A stretch of DNA of 63,957 nt, filler included, from Choristocarpus tenellus KU-1152 (lineage: Eukaryota; Protista; Phaeophyceae): NCBI GenBank assembly GCA_964200185.2. It is 10 parts of 10 records of this genome, joined end to end, with 100 filler letters (N's around TTAATTAATTAA, not from the genome) between each part and the next. Parts side by side here need not be neighbours in the genome. Positions count along the whole stretch, not along the records: positions 61,306 to 63,957 come from CAXNAD020025943.1; 9 more parts are not named here. The stretch is one strand, 5' to 3'. The notes under the pieces were generated by a model, which saw only the letters and a program-made list of their open reading frames with translations, was not told the origin of the DNA and made no database searches. Positions 61,624-63,957 of this stretch are shown here, piece after piece (the first letter of the stretch is position 1; each line of letters begins with the position of its first letter). Made by a program: the position numbers and the translations under genes.

Positions 61624-63318
61624 TCAAAAATGGAATTGGGCCATGGCAATGGAAAATGCCTGGAATGCGTTGATAGGGGCCCTATAGTCTAGGTTGAACT
61701 CATCGTCTCCCACCTGTTGTGCGCAGTAAAAAAGGATCAAACAAAACAAAACAAAAAGTCGTCAGCACCAGGTTGAGATCTCAGCAACCCATTACACGAT
61801 GCCAAAAAGACCTCAACAACAAACAAAAAAATCCTCTTCCAGCGGTTTCAGTACAAACCTCGGTGTAGTGGTGCCATTACAGCCGTGGCATATATCCTCT
61901 GTGAATGGTTCCCCTCTATCTCCCTTTCAGGTGAACCATATGAACTATGTTCTTTTAAACACCGACCATGTACGAAGCACTCGGCATGCTGTCTTTAGTA
62001 GTTCTACCCACACCCGCCCTTAGATTTTAAGGGGACACACCCTGCCTGATATTAGCATTTTTAGTAAGAGTATGACAACAAAAAATATCACATGTATAGG
62101 AAGGAATCTTTAAAATCTCTACCAAAACTCATGGCATGGAGTCACTACGTATGATCCACTGTGCATCCATTAACATTTTTTTCGACTCAGAACCCTACCC
62201 TTATTTTGTATTGAAGACTTGATAGGTTAATGGGGTTCAAACCTTCCCAAACTGGCAAACGATATGGTCCACATCATCCGGACTTGTCAGCTGGAAGTTC
62301 TTTACTGATGGGACCGTGACCCGCCCCTTGAAATTGAGGTGGTAATTGCCGTTCTCATATCGGGGTTCCTTGGATTCCAAGGGGAACATGTTCCCATTTC
62401 TTTGAGCCTTGAGGAGAGCGAGCTGTTCATGTGCGCCATGTGAGGAGTACAAATGTTTCAGCATGACACCCAATCAAAAAGAGGCAGAGCACAGGGCACA
62501 TTGGAGACAACGTAGCTATCTTGGGCTTGATAATAGCCCTGAACATCATCGTAATTTCTTTGTTAGACAAAGAAGAAAAATAAATGAGTAAGAAATCGAA
62601 ATCAAAACAGGTTGACCCTTGCTCAATCAGTGTCATGCCGTCCTATCTCCCCAATAGGAGGTGATGCATATGAAGAGAGTTCAAAAGATGATGACACAGC
62701 AGCAATAGGCAGGTGGTGGTATTTCAGGAGATTGTATCCAAGTTAGGGCAGGGTTGTTGGTTCGATGAATGGGTTGCTTTGTATATTCCAATCTTAGAAA
62801 ATGGTGGAAACCGTACCTACTTCATTGCACGTGTCTGATGTAGGACAAAAAAGTAAACATACTCATATATATATATATACCCTAAACCTAACCCTATATA
62901 TGAAAAGTATATTTTTTGAAGTAGAACATTGCTATGTATCGGCATGTATTGGGAGGATTCTCTTACCTCTCCCACACATTATAGCTAGCCAAAATAGTAA
63001 TACTGATAAGTGTCCAATGCCATACCTAATGGAAATGACGTTGGGAAGGTGTAATTCTACTTGTTCTCATTGCACTGTGGACATAGGTTGCCCTCACTGA
63101 GATCTTCCGATTTAGATTAACCTCAATATTCTCAAGGTTGGGGCTCACCATATTCCCGTCTGGATCAAATGGGTCGGCCTTAACAGCAATAGGAGTTCCA
63201 TTGGCATCCAGTGGGGGAAGGAGCACCCTAAACTTTCTGGGCAGTGTTCCTTCTTTAAGGTGCTCCAACATGTGAGGCTTGTCAAAGAGCACAGCCCCAA
63301 GCTCCTCCTTCTCCTTCT
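61624..63318 (-). CDS. TULP: Tubby-domain protein, 3' exons
   Basis: Exons ~63318-63149 (ELGAVLF..PRKFRVLLP), 62422-62243 (KEPRYENGNYHLNFKGRVTVPSVKNFQL..IVCQFGK) and 61713-61624 (VGDDEFNLDYRAPINAFQAFSIAM..*). Confidence 0.92.
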
Positions 63319-63887
63319 CTCATTTAGGTTTGATGCACAGTGGGTGGATGGTGGAGATGTGAGTATTCAGGCAGTTCTGTTGGTGTTCATCGTACACTCA
63401 TTCTTGAAAGACAATCAGGCGTCCCTGGCACATATGATGGGTGACTGTTCTTGCACGGCACAGTTATCGTGATAGTCTATTGATGGGGGGTCAAAGAAGA
63501 GCAACAAGCATAGATTGAATCGCACTCTGTAGACAAACTTTATGAGACATTGTAGCACCTCCGCCTGGCCACTGAGGTAGTGAACACCACAAAATACAAT
63601 GGAGTAGTCCAAAACATGCATACAATCAAAGGACCTTACATGTCATCCTGAGTCTCAACCCCTGCGCCAACAGTAGTCCCAAAAAAAAAAGGAATTCAAG
63701 CACTACGCTAGCCCAAAGAGTGAGTTGACGATGTACTTTTTTATTCTATGCATCGAATGGTATGTCAAACGAAGAGGAATACCCCCATTAGTCCGCTAGA
63801 AACAATTGGGATAGTCCCACTTCGTAGGGTTTTACAAGCTCAAAAAAATATAATACACATTTCATTGAAACTAATGCAAGTATTAAA

Positions 63888-63957
63888 GAGTGAAACTATC
63901 TTAGAGGGTACGAATTTTTCCCTGTTTGTCCAATTGTGGGGCTTGGCTTCCCATGAG
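63888..63957. mobile_element. MITE family B left end (runs off the window)
   Basis: GAGTGAAACTATCTTAGAGGGTACGAATTTTTCCCTGTTTGTCC. Confidence 0.8.

Overview
This is eukaryotic nuclear DNA. It is not one locus: it is ten unrelated draft contigs joined by artificial 100-bp linkers (N44-TTAATTAATTAA-N44). The genes are intron-rich with long introns, TTAGGG tracts and CRE-, Sola-, Tc1- and copia-type transposon debris, which suggests a brown alga or related stramenopile (inference only). Spliced genes reconstructed by hand: a protein with at least five tandem C2 domains (+, three probable GC-AG introns); a copine (+); the 3' end of an ABC-F ATPase (-); pocket B of a retinoblastoma-related protein (-); an unidentified, probably membrane, protein (-); a Nup50/Nup2-like Ran-binding domain (-); and a Tubby-domain protein (-). 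Mobile DNA includes three related MITE families sharing an AAAGTATCT terminal core with 3- or 4-bp TSDs, an intron-containing Sola-like transposase pseudogene, a Tc1 deletion derivative, a Stowaway-like MITE, a decayed copia, a probable solo LTR and CRE-like non-LTR fragments. The most notable signals are the MITE/Sola-like system, sense-strand-biased intronic telomeric repeats, clustered GC donors and duplicated decoy splice acceptors in the RB gene.
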